Shown in pieces: positions 13,955 through 30,500 of a DNA stretch of 64,000 nt. The notes below the pieces were generated by a model, which made no database searches, was not told the DNA's origin, and was given only the letters and a program-made list of their open reading frames with translations. The translations under genes and the position numbers were made by a program. The stretch comes from Eledone cirrhosa (taxonomy: Eukaryota): assembly GCA_964016885.1 (NCBI GenBank), contig CAXHJY010001642.1:1-64000 (forward strand), in the 5' to 3' direction. Position 1 is the stretch's first letter. The number at the start of each line of letters is the position of its first letter.

Positions 13955-14346
13955 GATATTAACAAATGGAAACTATATTTATAAAACCATATTTATTTTA
14001 TTATACATATTTCAAGGACACCACGTTAAATTATGGTGTGCTTTCATCAGACAAAATACAATATAGATCAGTTTATTAAATAAATATTGACATACCCTTA
14101 AAAAATGCAACCATTGGAAGCTCCCAGATTTATTTATAAAACTGATCTATATTGTATTTTGTCTGATGAAAGCACACCATAATTTAACGTGGTGTCCTTG
14201 AAATATATATAATAAAATAAATATGGTTTTATAAATATAGTTTCCATTTGTTAATATCGTATGTTTACTCCAAATGCTTGTTGAGTGCTTTATATTAGTT
14301 ATAAAAATATTTGCTTGTTGTATCCCAACAATTTAAATAGAACTTT

Positions 14347-14350
<4 letters not shown>
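13953..14350. mobile_element. Family D fold-back insert in (TA)n with divergent HHRs (13994-14058 -, 14155-14219 +)
   Basis: UAUUUUGU-CUGAUGA-AAGCACACCA..UGGUGUCCUU-GAAA-UAUAUA-UA^AUAAAAUA. Confidence 0.88.
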
Positions 14351-14397
<47 letters not shown>

Positions 14398-14399
<2 letters not shown>

Positions 14400-14670
14400 T
14401 GGCTGCCAACTCGTTTTCGAGTAAGGCCACTACTTTATATCCATGTAGGAGTACCCCTACCGATGCGCTGAACGAGTGTGACTTTTTAGTCCAGCCAGCG
14501 ACTTGAAAACTCTGGTACAAACACTACACTTGTGACAATTATTGACACATAGTGCTGGGCCCATGGTACCTGTGACGACAAGTGCAGAGAGATCTCCAGA
14601 TATAAAGCAATGCCTGTGCCGTGAAGCTTTTATAGTGAGCAAAGGCACTGCACAAAGCCAGTCCCACTCT

Positions 14671-14673
<3 letters not shown>
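14398..14673 (-). mobile_element. Second copy of the C2H2-ZF element in (TA)n
   Basis: Near-identical to 5430-5705. ORF 14457..14648 ends in the zinc finger. Confidence 0.6.
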
Positions 14674-14749
<76 letters not shown>

Positions 14750-14870
14750 ATAATAATAAATTTGAAGACTAAAATCCAAAGAGGGCTCGATAAGAATAAA
14801 TATATATCAAATGTATATGAACCGTAGAGCAAATATTTATTAAAATAATAGATTAAAGTTTAATCTGTTA

Positions 14871-18540
<3,670 letters not shown>

Positions 18541-18587
18541 ATATATATGGATATGGATATGCATATATATATAAAATATATGGATAT

Positions 18588-18875
18588 ATCATCATCATCA
18601 TCATCATCATCATCATCTATTGCCTCTTGCTTGATCGGACTGGTGCCAACTTTGTCAGCGGTCGCTGAGGCCTCATCATGCGTAGAGCCAGCCAAATCCA
18701 CCTGTGCCCTATATCACTGGGGGGGGGGGGGTCTTGTGCCAGCCCTACAGTGACCTCCAAAGGGACGTTGATCCTCTGGAGATCTTCCTTAATTACGTCC
18801 TGCCACGGGGCCTCTTTCAGCTCGCCGCTGTTGCGTCTAACGAGAGTAAGGCCCCGGAAAAGAGGTGGAGGACAT
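18588..18875 (-). mobile_element. RTE-type LINE 3' fragment with (GAT)n tail
   Basis: Minus strand gives [26 protein letters not shown], followed by (GAT)n. Confidence 0.65.
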
Positions 18876-19160
18876 GTGTATACATAAATATATATGAGTA
18901 AAATTATGTTATAAAAGACCGATATCTCACAATGCTTCGTATTAACTACAACACAACCTCAAGTAAAATTATGTTTTCTTTAACTATATATTTTGCTTCC
19001 TATTTTCTTAATCTTAATATAATATATGATACATTATTATACCTGAATAGAATTGGTATAAAGGAAACTCTGTAAAAATATACTTTTAGCCTGTGCTATT
19101 TATGGTATGATATGATGGAAATAATGTTCATCTTATCTTGATCTATTTTTATATGTATAC

Positions 19161-19213
<53 letters not shown>

Positions 19214-19240
19214 AATACATATACGCATATATATATATAA

Positions 19241-19282
<42 letters not shown>

Positions 19283-19417
19283 TTATATATATATATGCGT
19301 ATATGTATTTACATATATATATATATATATATATATACATACATATATATATGCACGTATACATACGTACACATAAATACAAATGTAAATATATATATAT
19401 ATATAGAGAGAGAGATA

Positions 19418-19448
<31 letters not shown>

Positions 19449-19787
19449 GCTTTCAAAGATAAAAGCATCTATGTACACACACACACACACACACACACTC
19501 ACACATATATATATATATGCACACACATGTATAAATGAATAAAAAATATATGTGAAAAGCGTGTGTGTATGTAAACACTCCCAGGCTAGTTTATACTAGC
19601 TTCTGTATAATTAAACGTGATCTGCCTCTTTGCCTACCAGCAAATAACGTAAACCGCCCACATACTGTAGATATACCAATGATGATATATATATATATAA
19701 TACTACGAGGCGACAATGTATGTACTGTAAGTAGCGATGATGATATATATAGCACGTGGTGATGATATAGTGTGTAATCATGATGAT

Positions 19788-19828
<41 letters not shown>

Positions 19829-19838
19829 CTTCTATTTT

Positions 19839-19887
<49 letters not shown>

Positions 19888-20218
19888 TATGTTGCGATGA
19901 TGATGTATATACACTCATAGTCAAAGTCATTAAACCATTTAAATATATCAAAAGATGGCGTTTGAAAATAACTCTGAACTAACATTGCCTTATTAAAGAG
20001 ATTACATATAATGAAGTATAATATTGTAAAGCTTTTGATGTCAGAATTGTAGGTAAGTGTTATAAATACACCACATGATGTCGCCCACATCACTCCATAT
20101 GCAGCCATATGCAAATAAACTTGTAAACATAATGATATAGAAACTCTTACAGAAAATAAATACCGCACACACACACACAGAAACACACACGCATGCACAC
20201 AGACACACACACACAGAG

Positions 20219-20301
<83 letters not shown>

Positions 20302-20724
20302 AATATACAGCCATCACTCTTGAGCAATCAAAGACACCCCCTTGACGCCCCTACTTTGGATTCAGCGAAATATACACGATGTGACAGCAGGGAATGGAAT
20401 AAAGACGCCTGCACTAGAACTCCGCTGATACTTTTACTTATCGGCGCCCCAAAAGAGTGAAAGACTAAGTGTATCTCAGCGACATTTGAAATCAGAGACC
20501 ACAGAACCCGAACAAATATCAAACGCTTTAACACCCCTTGGCAAACCGACGCCCCACCATATATATCGTGTTTATCCGCAGTACTAGATCCAAGAATTAT
20601 AATTTTTCGTTCGTCTGACTAACTGTCATCCCGATCATTAACATATACTGATATACGGTGGGTTCTGGGTGTATTTAAACTTGGTGAAGTCCATTTCTCT
20701 TAATGTCCAAACAGAACGATTATA

Positions 20725-20849
20725 TATGTATGTTGATGCCCTAAGGACAGACACTGGTCTGTTGGAGATGCAGGACATGGCAGCGATAATGAGGGACAGA
20801 GACCGCTGGAGAGAACTCGTCCATGGATCTCGGGAATTTTACCCACCTT

Positions 20850-20862
<13 letters not shown>
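20725..20862 (+). mobile_element. RTEX/RTE-like LINE 3' end with (TAGA)n tail
   Basis: YVDALRTDTGL...AAIMRDRDRWRELV, then stop and (TAGA)n. Confidence 0.65.
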
Positions 20863-20908
<46 letters not shown>

Positions 20909-21299
20909 TGGTGAAGGGGAAGATGGGTCCCAACACTAGATAGGTAGGTTCTTTATCAACTTATCAACCTCGAAATATTGAAATCACATTTGACCTCTGA
21001 GAGCAGAGAGGTGAAAAGAACACAGTAAAGCATACAACATAGAGAAGTAGTAGTTGGTAAAACATAAAGCTTAAACACTAAAATCCGACGAGAAATTGCA
21101 GGCAGTTGCGGTTATAACGATGAGTGTTCCAGTTGTTCGAATAACCTTCTCGTGGTATTTAACGTGTCTAAAAAAAGTCTAAAATAGAACAGCCACGTGT
21201 ACCCTCAATGTAGTTCTAGACGAGATTTAGCATGATGCTGTGTGTGTCAAGGCTGTCCTTTTCAATTTCAAGTGCAGTTCATCCAGTATTATAGTTTAA

Positions 21300-21452
21300 G
21301 AGGCTTTGACGCATAGAGTTACGGCCCTTGCCATTCTGAGTTCAAATCCCGCCGAGGGTAACTTTGCCTTTCTTCCTTACGAGGTCGATAAAATAAAGTA
21401 CCAGTAATGCACTGATTAATTGCTGGCCTTGTACCAAAAGTAGAAACAATTA
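21300..21452 (+). mobile_element. tRNA-derived SINE, family S1 (representative copy)
   Basis: B-box-like GAGTTCAAATCCC plus the core CTTTGCCTTTCATCCTTACGGGGTCGATAAAATAAAGTACCAGT (Deu/Nin-domain-like). Other copies near 21840, 28620, 33990, 35062, 36645, 44290, 44620, 45785, 54665 and 59640. Confidence 0.8.
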
Positions 21453-22547
21453 TAGTTTAAGAGGCTGATCATTCCACAGACATGTATACCCTTCCCATAA
21501 TTCTCAGGGAGATTAAGCATGGCGCAATGTATGACATCGATAGCCTTTTGAATTAAAAATATAACTCATTTTTTAAAGCTAAAGAAAAATAAAATAAAAT
21601 GTCTTACCGAAAGGTATACCACTTCACTGGCAATCACACTCTTGACAATCGTGATCCAAATAGCCGAGTCACTAAGCCACGTGCCTACACGGACAGCCAA
21701 TAGAGATACTAAACCCTCACAAATTGATCCATGTTCTATGATACAAATATGTTTGTTTTACAATATTTATATTTATATAAAAACCTTCCACCATAATTTT
21801 ATGTAAGAACCTTTAAATTAGGTTTCAAACAAAAGCTTAATAATTGTTTCTACCTTTGGCACAAGGCCAGCAATTATTCAGTGTATTACTGGTACTTTAT
21901 TTTATCGACCCCGTAAGGATGAAAGGCAAAGTTAACCTCGGCGAAGCTTAATAATGAAGTCTTGATTATTTTCAAAATTGTTTGAAAATCACAGGAGGTG
22001 TCTTTTGTTAGAAATCTCTAAGGGAAAGAGTTAATAATATATCTATATCTAGAAGATAAATCTCTCCTGTCCTGTATATAAACAAGAAACGGGATAGAAC
22101 GTGACAATTGAATATTTTCAACAGCAATATCTACACGAATGGCATTTAATATTTGCTGGTCAAGTTGACTGTGAGGTCAGATTGAACCAGGCAGGGCCAA
22201 ACAGTCAATAGACATTCAAACAAAGAGCACGGCACTACGAAATTATTGTATGATTGTTCAAAACAACGTCGATGTGCAATAGATCTTTCAAATTCAGGTA
22301 TACAATGGAGGTTATTTCGACATTTATTATTCCAAAAGTTTCAATGGTATATTAACGGGGACTTAATAACACGAGTCTATAGAACATCTTATTCAAAACC
22401 ACTGAAGAGTAGATAACAGTAAAGTAGTCTAAAGAACACCTCAGAAGCATCTTTCCATAAGGATATATTCCTAGTCTAGCAACCTAAAGCATTTCTAAAC
22501 ATTTCTATTAACGGGTATTTATTTATTTTTCGTATACTATACAGAAA

Positions 22548-22640
22548 CCCTCTGAAGAGAAACCATTCTAATAACGGTAGTTATATCAATCTATTGACAT
22601 GGTCTCCGATATTCTTTTGGTTTTGAAACTGCAGTAAGGG
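22548..22640 (+). ncRNA. Type I hammerhead with long stem II (family F)
   Basis: CCCU-CUGAAGA-GAAACCA...UGGUUUU-GAAA-CUGCAG-UA^AGGG. Confidence 0.85.
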
Positions 22641-23025
22641 AACTTAGTGAAGCCCCTTGCTTTACGTTGCTTGAATAGATCTCTTGGGAGAGATGCATGT
22701 GAGGTATTCTTTTAGATTACTATACTGTCATCTACCCCTCAGTGATTTTGTGTAAGATGTTCTATAAGTATTTGCTTCTCTGAGTGAGATTATTTTAGCG
22801 ATCACTTTTATTGAGATGTAATGTATATTCCTGATAGACGGTCTATATTGACTGCTGTTTCTAGTGGCAGTTCAGACTCGTCTCTTTGTTCATCAATACA
22901 AATATTTACCTTGTTAGATCTACGCATGCGTGTAGGACCATTTCTTCAACCACGTGGGTTCGATGAAAAGCAGACACACTTATATTATCAGGTATTTATT
23001 TATTTTTCTTATACCATATAGAAAG

Positions 23026-23118
23026 CCCTCTGAAGAGAAACCGTTCTGTTAACGGTAGCCATACCAATCTATTGAAATGGCCTCCGTTATTCTTAGGGCT
23101 TTGAAACTGCAGTAAGGG
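23026..23118 (+). ncRNA. Type I hammerhead (family F, second copy)
   Basis: Same core, stem I and stem III as 22548-22640, 478 bp downstream. Confidence 0.8.
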
Positions 23119-23229
23119 AACTTAGTGAAGTTGTTTGACTAGGAATATATCCCCAGAGAAAGATGCTTGTGAGGTGATCTTTTAGATTAATTTACTGTCA
23201 TCTACTCCTCAGTGGTTTTGTACAGGATG

Positions 23230-23306
<77 letters not shown>

Positions 23307-24531
23307 GTTGCTAATTACTGAGTTGCTTATTCGTTAGAGTTGTGTGGTGACGTCTCGTTGATAAATAAGTGTAAGCAGATAAAAGCAGTCTACGCCAGTT
23401 GTAAATATCCAAAATTACGATGGTGATTAAATGTGACTGAATTTTTATGTACGAATTAAGATTAAGACAGATGTCATGGTTACATTAGCGTATTTATTGT
23501 TATTATGTACCATAACACCTCTCTTAACACCAATTCATACACAGTGGGACTATTATATACACATATATATAGTAATAATAATAAATGTGAAGACTAAAAT
23601 CCAAAGAGGACTCGATAAGGATAAATATATATCAAATATATAGGAACTAGAGCAAATACGCGAATACGAACCAAGTCTTGATGTGGTAGCTAAGTATATT
23701 TTATGTTTATACCATTACTTATTTGTATAGGTAAGTATACCTTACCCGTATGTTTTGTGGAGGTACGTATACTTTCTCGTACGTATATATGCTTGTATTT
23801 GTTATAGGTGTATATATTATTTATACTAGTATGTGTGTATATGGTTATGTGTATATGTGTATTTCGTGTTTGTGTGTGTATGCGTGTATGCGTGTTTGCA
23901 CGTATGTAAGGTGTGTATCTGAGTTTTGGTATATGTACGTTTGGTGAATATATATGTGTTTATATGTGTGTGTGTGCGTTATACACGAATTTATGTGTGT
24001 ATATTTATATACGTTTATATAATTATACACACACACACACATATTTTTATATGTGTATTTGGTGTATACGTTCGTATGTGGGCGGGTACACGTGTCGCGC
24101 GGGTTTACGTACGTGTGCGCCTGTTTATGTGTACGTGCATGTATATGCATGGTGTGTGTTTTCGCGTCTGCACGTGTATGTACGTATATAGATGTGTGTA
24201 TGTATATATTTAATTATTATTACTTTTATGATTTTAATAACCTCTGTCATTTTCGTTCAACTAATTTATTTACATTATTCTTAACTCCGAAGCCGAGAAT
24301 CATTCGGTTTCCTAAATAGAATATTAGTCTATGACTCCATTTATACCATAACGTGGATTTGTCTTTGCGTGTAATTGTTCTCATCGCTCCTCATTACGAA
24401 GTATTATCTCCACTTTTTTCCGTTCATTGCCAGGGAACATCTTCACGAACCAAAGTATCGTCTTCCTGTTTTCCTTCGGTTGCTATGTTTTTCTAAATAT
24501 TTACTTCTGCGGCCACAGACTGATTTTTTGT

Positions 24532-24572
24532 AGTTTCAGAAGATCCCGTTAAGGGTGAAAGCAGCTTAAACT
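24532..24572 (+). ncRNA. Degenerate minimal hammerhead (U4A) at the 3' end of a ~1-kb insert (23571-24590)
   Basis: AGUUU-CAGAAGA-U CCC/GUUAA/GGG U-GAAA-GCAGC-UU-AAACU, then (TA)n. Both ends of the insert recur at 14747-14880. Confidence 0.55.
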
Positions 24573-24793
24573 TTAATCTGTTATTTTAATATATATATAT
24601 ATATATCTTGATCACCTTGACCGACCAGTCTGTCGGGCGTCATTCGGCGCCGCTGGTCACAGCACGTGCTGTTTTAGCCATACGATGACGCTATCCCACA
24701 AATATAAACATATAGTAGAAAGAAAAAAGATTCTTTCAATAGAAAATGTTGAAGTGATTTTTTTCAGTGAGATATCAAAACATTAATTTATTT

Positions 24794-24831
24794 ACAATAC
24801 CGGTTTCAGCATTAAATGCATTGTCAATTGC
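24794..24831 (-). ncRNA. Minimal hammerhead with U3:A8 core
   Basis: GCAA-UUGACAA-U GCAU/UUA/AUGC U-GAAA-CCGG-UA^UUGU. Confidence 0.75.
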
Positions 24832-25318
24832 GGATATGCAGAATATTGTTAAGTTGCATATTTGTACAAATAGTGATAATAATAATAATGAATAAAATGA
24901 AAATAAAAAGGGGAAGAAAAGTTAATTTTCACATACATGTTCATTCAGAGAAGAGAATTCATTCCTCTGTCCATTCTACTCTGATTATGGCTTGATCAAT
25001 GTTGATATATAATAAGAAAAAATAGTAAGATTTTTTCTTCTTCTTCTTCTTGGCTAATCAATATGTTTTGGCCTCGTCTCTATCTTTTGTTTTTAGTTGC
25101 AGCACATTGATTTAAAGCATATTTTATCTTAACAATTCGTCTTGTCTTGTGTCCAATTCTTACTGTCCCATGTACACTGTAGCCAGTTGTATCGATCTTA
25201 AAGCATGGAAACAACGTGTCCCCAGCGATCGACTAATGAGAGGGGACGGTCTGTATTTCGATCGTTTTCCGTTGTATTCGGCCATATTTTTTTTTATTCA
25301 TTATGTATGTATGTATGT

Positions 25319-26311
25319 TTTCTCTTTCTCTTAATTTCGAGTATATTTTTTTGACCGGCCACCTTCCTGGTGGCAAGGTTGTAAAAGAAAAGAAATTGTC
25401 ATCCCTTGAATCGCAAGAATGTTTTGCAAAATTTGAAGGTGCCAGCTATCGCAGCCATTTGCAGACTATGAATTAGGGAGCTGCGCTTTTTGTCCGCAAA
25501 TCCAAGTTCAGTCATACTTTGGTCCAAGCGGGTTGGTATATAACCCGTAGCACCAATAATGATGGGTATGAAGCTAAAGGTGTATCTTGGATACTGGATT
25601 TGTAAACTCCTCATCAATGGTCCGTAGATGTCCTCCTTCTCCTGTATTTTTCTGACAACGTTTATATCAAGTGGGCAGCTGATCTCCACAACAGAACACG
25701 TTTTCAATGTGTGGTCCCAAACTACAATATCAGGCCGGTTGTGCTTTAATTTGGTGGCAGTTTTTATTTTCAGGTTCCACCAGTATTCCTTAGTTCCATC
25801 TGTCTCAATATATTCTTCCTCGTTTGTTGTTAATTTTGTTTTCCGAAGTGCGTTCCAGATGGTTCTAGCTATCCCATCGGGTCTCATGGGGAGGTAGTAG
25901 CGAGATGACATTCTTTCGAAGCTGGCAACAATGTGGCTTACATCCTCGATCTTTGTTTTACATAGCCTACATTTATTGTCAGCTGCTGGCCCTCCTCTTT
26001 TGTGCAGCAGATATTTGGTAGGGAGTTCTTGTTCCTGTATTGCATAGAGATATCCCTCAAGGTGTGATGTCATAAACTTGTCGGAACTCCATACCAGGCT
26101 TTTTGAGTGGTTTATCCCCTCTATGGTCTGTGTTTTACGCCTCAAGTATCCATGCACAACCTTTTCTGTAAATTGGTCAATTTTCTTATCTTGTTTGAAC
26201 ATTGAATAGGATCTTCCGATTTCTCTGGGTGAGAGATTTATATCAGGCTTTATTCCATATCTCTCCTCCAGATCAGTCGCTATTCTAATGATATTTCTTT
26301 TTTCATGCTCA
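25319..26311 (-). mobile_element. 5'-truncated R4/Dong-like (REL endonuclease) non-LTR retrotransposon; C-terminal frame 25399-26311 is open
   Basis: AIQEQEL, zinc knuckle CRLCKTKIEDVSHIV, YLPMRPD (similar to RHD), NRPDIVVWD..VVEISCP..KEDIY, PIIIGATG. Flanked by (TATG)n on both sides. Confidence 0.85.
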
Positions 26312-26416
26312 GTATGTATGTATGTATGTATGTATGTATGTATGTATGTATGTATGTATGTATGTATGTATGTATGTATGTATGTATGTATGTATGTATG
26401 TATACATATGTATGTC

Positions 26417-26845
26417 AGGTCACCAGTTGGTGCTACTGGTAACATGTATCCCAGTACAACCTGTCCCATGGTTGGGTCGTTGGCGACTAAACTGGTAACC
26501 CCACCAAGGTTTCTTGGTGAGGAGGGTGACTTTGGACATCCTGCAAGACTAAAAACAAAACCTGTCAAAGGGCCAAGGAGCTCTTAAGATTCAATAGCCA
26601 TCCAAAATCACCGGGAGAGATGACCCCTTAGCCTTTGTTAAGGCAGAATTCTAGGAGAAGGAAAACTCTGATATAACACCTGCAAACCTGATGGTATCCA
26701 ATGATGTTGACTTGTTCTTCTTTTTGGTAAATATCATATTGGTTAAGAGAGTGGGACTGGCTTTGTGCAGTGCCTTTGCTCACTATAAAAGCTTCACGGC
26801 ACAGGCATTGATTTATATCTGGAGATCTCTCTGCACTTGTCATCT
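26417..26845 (+). mobile_element. Longest 5' portion of the ZF-bearing element, with a structured leader
   Basis: 26621-26845 is the reverse complement of 5610-5831. Multi-hairpin region at 26419-26530. Confidence 0.6.
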
Positions 26846-26846
26846 T

Positions 26847-26878
26847 GATATACATATATGTATACAGACGTACAGTAG

Positions 26879-26952
<74 letters not shown>

Positions 26953-27461
26953 CATGCACACATATATATATATGTGCGTATCGATTCACCGAACATTTAT
27001 TATAATACTCGGTGTGTTTGTAAACAAACATCCCGAATTAAGCCGTACAGTGTCTAGCAACCATCGTTGCTCATTTGTTCAACACTGACAAAGGAACGCT
27101 GTACTAGTTTCAAGCTTATTAGCTATCGTCAGCAACGTATACCTTCCTTCCAGATGGTTGAACGTCTGAAAGTATATACTTTCCTTATGCATATTAACGG
27201 CTGAGCAGCCTAATTTGCATATCGAGTGAGTTAATCGGCCGGGGTACTCATACTTTCAGACGTTCAACCATCTGGAAGGAAGGTATACGTTGCTGACGAT
27301 AGCTAATTAGTACAGCGTTCCTTTGTCAGTATTGAACAAATGAGCAACGATGGTTGTTAGACAATGTACGGCTTAATTCGGGATGTTTGTTTACAAACAC
27401 ACCGAGCATTATAATAAATGTTCGGCGAATCCATACGTACATATATATATATATGTGAGCA

Positions 27462-27541
<80 letters not shown>

Positions 27542-27960
27542 TACTACTGTGCGTCTGTATACATATATGTATGTACGTATACATATATATATTTAAGTAA
27601 CAGCCGTACTAAGAGTGAGAAATGAAATTTCGTTTCATTTTTTCCGTTTATCATTTTAGGTACCCCGGCCGACTGAAGTCACTCGATATGCAAATTAGGC
27701 TGCTCAGCCGTTAATATGCATAAGGAAAGTATATACTTTCAGACTTCAACCATCTGGCAGGAAGGTATACGTTGCTGACGATAGCTAATAAGCTTGAAAC
27801 TAGTACAGCGTTCCTTTGTCAGTGTTTAACAAATGAGCAAGGATGGTTGCTAGACACTGTACGGCTTAATTCGGGATGTTTGTTTACAAACACACCGAGC
27901 ATTATAATAAATGTTCGGTGAATCCATACGTACATATATATATATATATATGTGTGCATG

Positions 27961-28042
<82 letters not shown>

Positions 28043-28148
28043 CTACTGTAAGTCTGTATACATATATGTATGTACGTATACATACTTATATTTAAGTAAC
28101 AGCCGTACTAAGAGTGAGAAATGAAATTTCGTTTCATTTTTTTCCGTT

Positions 28149-28150
<2 letters not shown>
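26847..28150. mobile_element. Family C inverted plus tandem array; HHRs at 27097-27137 (-) and 27770-27810 (+); deleted HHR at ~27288-27317
   Basis: CGUUG-CUGACGA-UAGCUAAUAAGCUU-GAAA-CUAG-UA^CAGCG. Head-to-tail period ~499 bp. Confidence 0.88.
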
Positions 28151-28183
<33 letters not shown>

Positions 28184-28384
28184 AAGGAAATCTGGTAAGG
28201 AACCAGATGGACCATAACACACCAGAGTACTCAATACTTAGGGTAGTAGAGTGGGGAAACAGGAAAAAGTATGACCCCGACGGCAGAGCTCAAGCCGTTT
28301 CGACGGCTATTTCTGGATCCGAGATGATGAATTCATTTTTCTGTGTGAACGTTAGTATTAGGTGTTTGTCGCATTTAATCAGAT

Positions 28385-28466
28385 TCTCTCGCTGATGATG
28401 CCCGTGGATTATCTGTTACAAACACACTTAGGGTGAAACAGATTAATCCCTAATATGTCCGAGAGA
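28385..28466 (+). ncRNA. Type I hammerhead ribozyme
   Basis: UCUCUCG-CUGAUGA-UGCCC...GGGU-GAAA-CAGAUUA/UAAUAUG-UC^CGAGAGA. Confidence 0.85.
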
Positions 28467-28875
28467 TATAATAGTTATTGAGGCGGTTTGTATAATATAA
28501 TTTTATTTTATTTTATCATTCTGTCTGCTTCATGGTTAAATATTTCAAACAAATGTGGTTCTTCAACCCTCGTAATATTAGACACACGATTTACTGTGTT
28601 TCTTACTACATATATTATTATAATTGTTTCTACTTTTGGCACAAGGCCAGCAATTAACCAGTGTATTACTGGTACTTTATTTTATCGACCCCACAAGGAT
28701 GAAAGGCAAAGTTAACCTCGGCGGGATTTGAACTCAGACCGCAAAGGGACGAAACTATGGTGGAAAGCATGGCGTCCGACCCTCTACCGATACTGCCAAT
28801 CCACCAATGCTCAGTATTTATACTTTGAGCTTGTTAATTACAGGGTTTCAGTATGAGTTATTAACTCTAACTTTC

Positions 28876-28976
<101 letters not shown>

Positions 28977-28991
28977 AGTATACATGTGTAA

Positions 28992-29042
<51 letters not shown>

Positions 29043-29764
29043 AATATGTATGTATACATTATGTATTGTTTTTACCATCTGAATATTATTTATTTACGAT
29101 TCGCCTAGAGTATATGAAATCATTTACCATATTTTTTAAAAGTAACAATTATTTTTTCCTCGAGACAGATTCGACGATCCTTCGCTACACGTTCTTTCTC
29201 TTTGTAAGTGACGGTTCTTTTTTTCCTTTATATTTTCGTTATATATCTATCTATCTAAGTTCGTCTTGTTCGTCATTTCAAAATTTACTCAAACCTCTGC
29301 TGTATCTATCTTGCGGCCATATTATTTCTTCTCCTCTCATCTTTTCTCTATTCATAAGTTTCTAGATACAATATCCATTATAATCAACAACTTATTTCTT
29401 CCTTCCAGTCTTATATTTCGCCAACATTATTCTCTAACCTAATGATGTACTTCTTAGTCAATCATTTTCTTGTCTTTGTTTTATTTTGCCTGATATATTT
29501 TTCTTTTAAAATACCATTCATGTTTTTTCTGTAGAACTGCCTAAGTACATAATCAGTTTGGTTGAGACTTACAAGGAGAAAGAAGTGTTACTAAAACCAC
29601 TGTATATTTCAAGCAATTGATATAGTATTGTTCTCTACTGAAAGCATCATGTTTTACATGGAAACATTTTTACATTGTTTTTTCTTATTTTCTTATCAGA
29701 ATTCTTAATAGCCTACTGGTACGACGTTGACCTTGGAAGCACACTCGCAGGGGTTCCAAGTTTG

Positions 29765-29795
<31 letters not shown>

Positions 29796-29953
29796 ATTTT
29801 TGAATTTTTTTCATTGTTCTATTATTACATCCTCTGTTTTTTGTTTTTTTTACACGCAGAAATGTCCTTTTGTACCGGCCTGTATTGTCCTGTAATGTCC
29901 TGTAATGTCCTTAATGTCTACTTTGTGTAAACCCTTGTGGTTAATAAAGAAAG

Positions 29954-30008
<55 letters not shown>

Positions 30009-30011
30009 GTT

Positions 30012-30500
30012 ATTGCGGTGAATTGGCAGTATCGGTAGAGGGTTGGACGCCAAGCTTTCTAGCATAGTTACGGCCCTTTATGATCTGAGTTCAAATCCCG
30101 CCGAGGTTAACTTTGCCTTTCATCCTTGTGGGGTCGATAAAATAAAGTACCAGTAATACACTGGGATAATGCTGGCCTTGTGCCAAAAAGTAGAAACAAT
30201 TATTATTATTGCGGTGAATTGGCAGTATCGGTAGAGGGTTGGACGACATGCTTTCTAGCATAGTTACGTCCCTTTATGATCTGAGTTCAAATCCCGCCGA
30301 GGTTAACTTTTCCTTTCATCCTTGTGGGGTCGATGAAATAAAGTACCAGTAATACACTCGGATAATACTGACCTTGTGCCAAAAGTCGAAACAATTATTA
30401 TTGGAATGGCAGTATCGGTAGAGCGTCAGACATCATGCTTTGCGGCATAGAGTTATGGCCCTTTACGTTCTGAGTTCAAATCCAGCCGAGGTTAACTTTC
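30012..30500 (+). mobile_element. Three head-to-tail S1 SINE copies after an (ATT)n tract
   Basis: Units start at ~30014, ~30209 and ~30403 and are separated by short ATT tails. Confidence 0.85.

Larger units (their letters stand above)
22375..23232 (+). mobile_element. Family F element: inverted terminal piece plus two direct copies, each with an HHR
   Basis: 22380-22476 is the reverse complement of ~23137-23232. Direct copies start at ~22515 and ~22992. Confidence 0.75.

Noticed and set aside
22398-22460. Possible antisense HHR in family F (CUGAAGA/CUGAGGA-GUAGAU..), which would make it ambisense
   Set aside because: No GAAA after the putative stem II in any of the three copies.
26312-26568. 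N-terminal part of the 389-aa ORF 25399..26568
   Set aside because: Read-through across (CATA)n into an unrelated element; only 25399-26311 is R4-like.
30012-30110. tRNA gene
   Set aside because: A/B-box-like head of a high-copy SINE; no cloverleaf.
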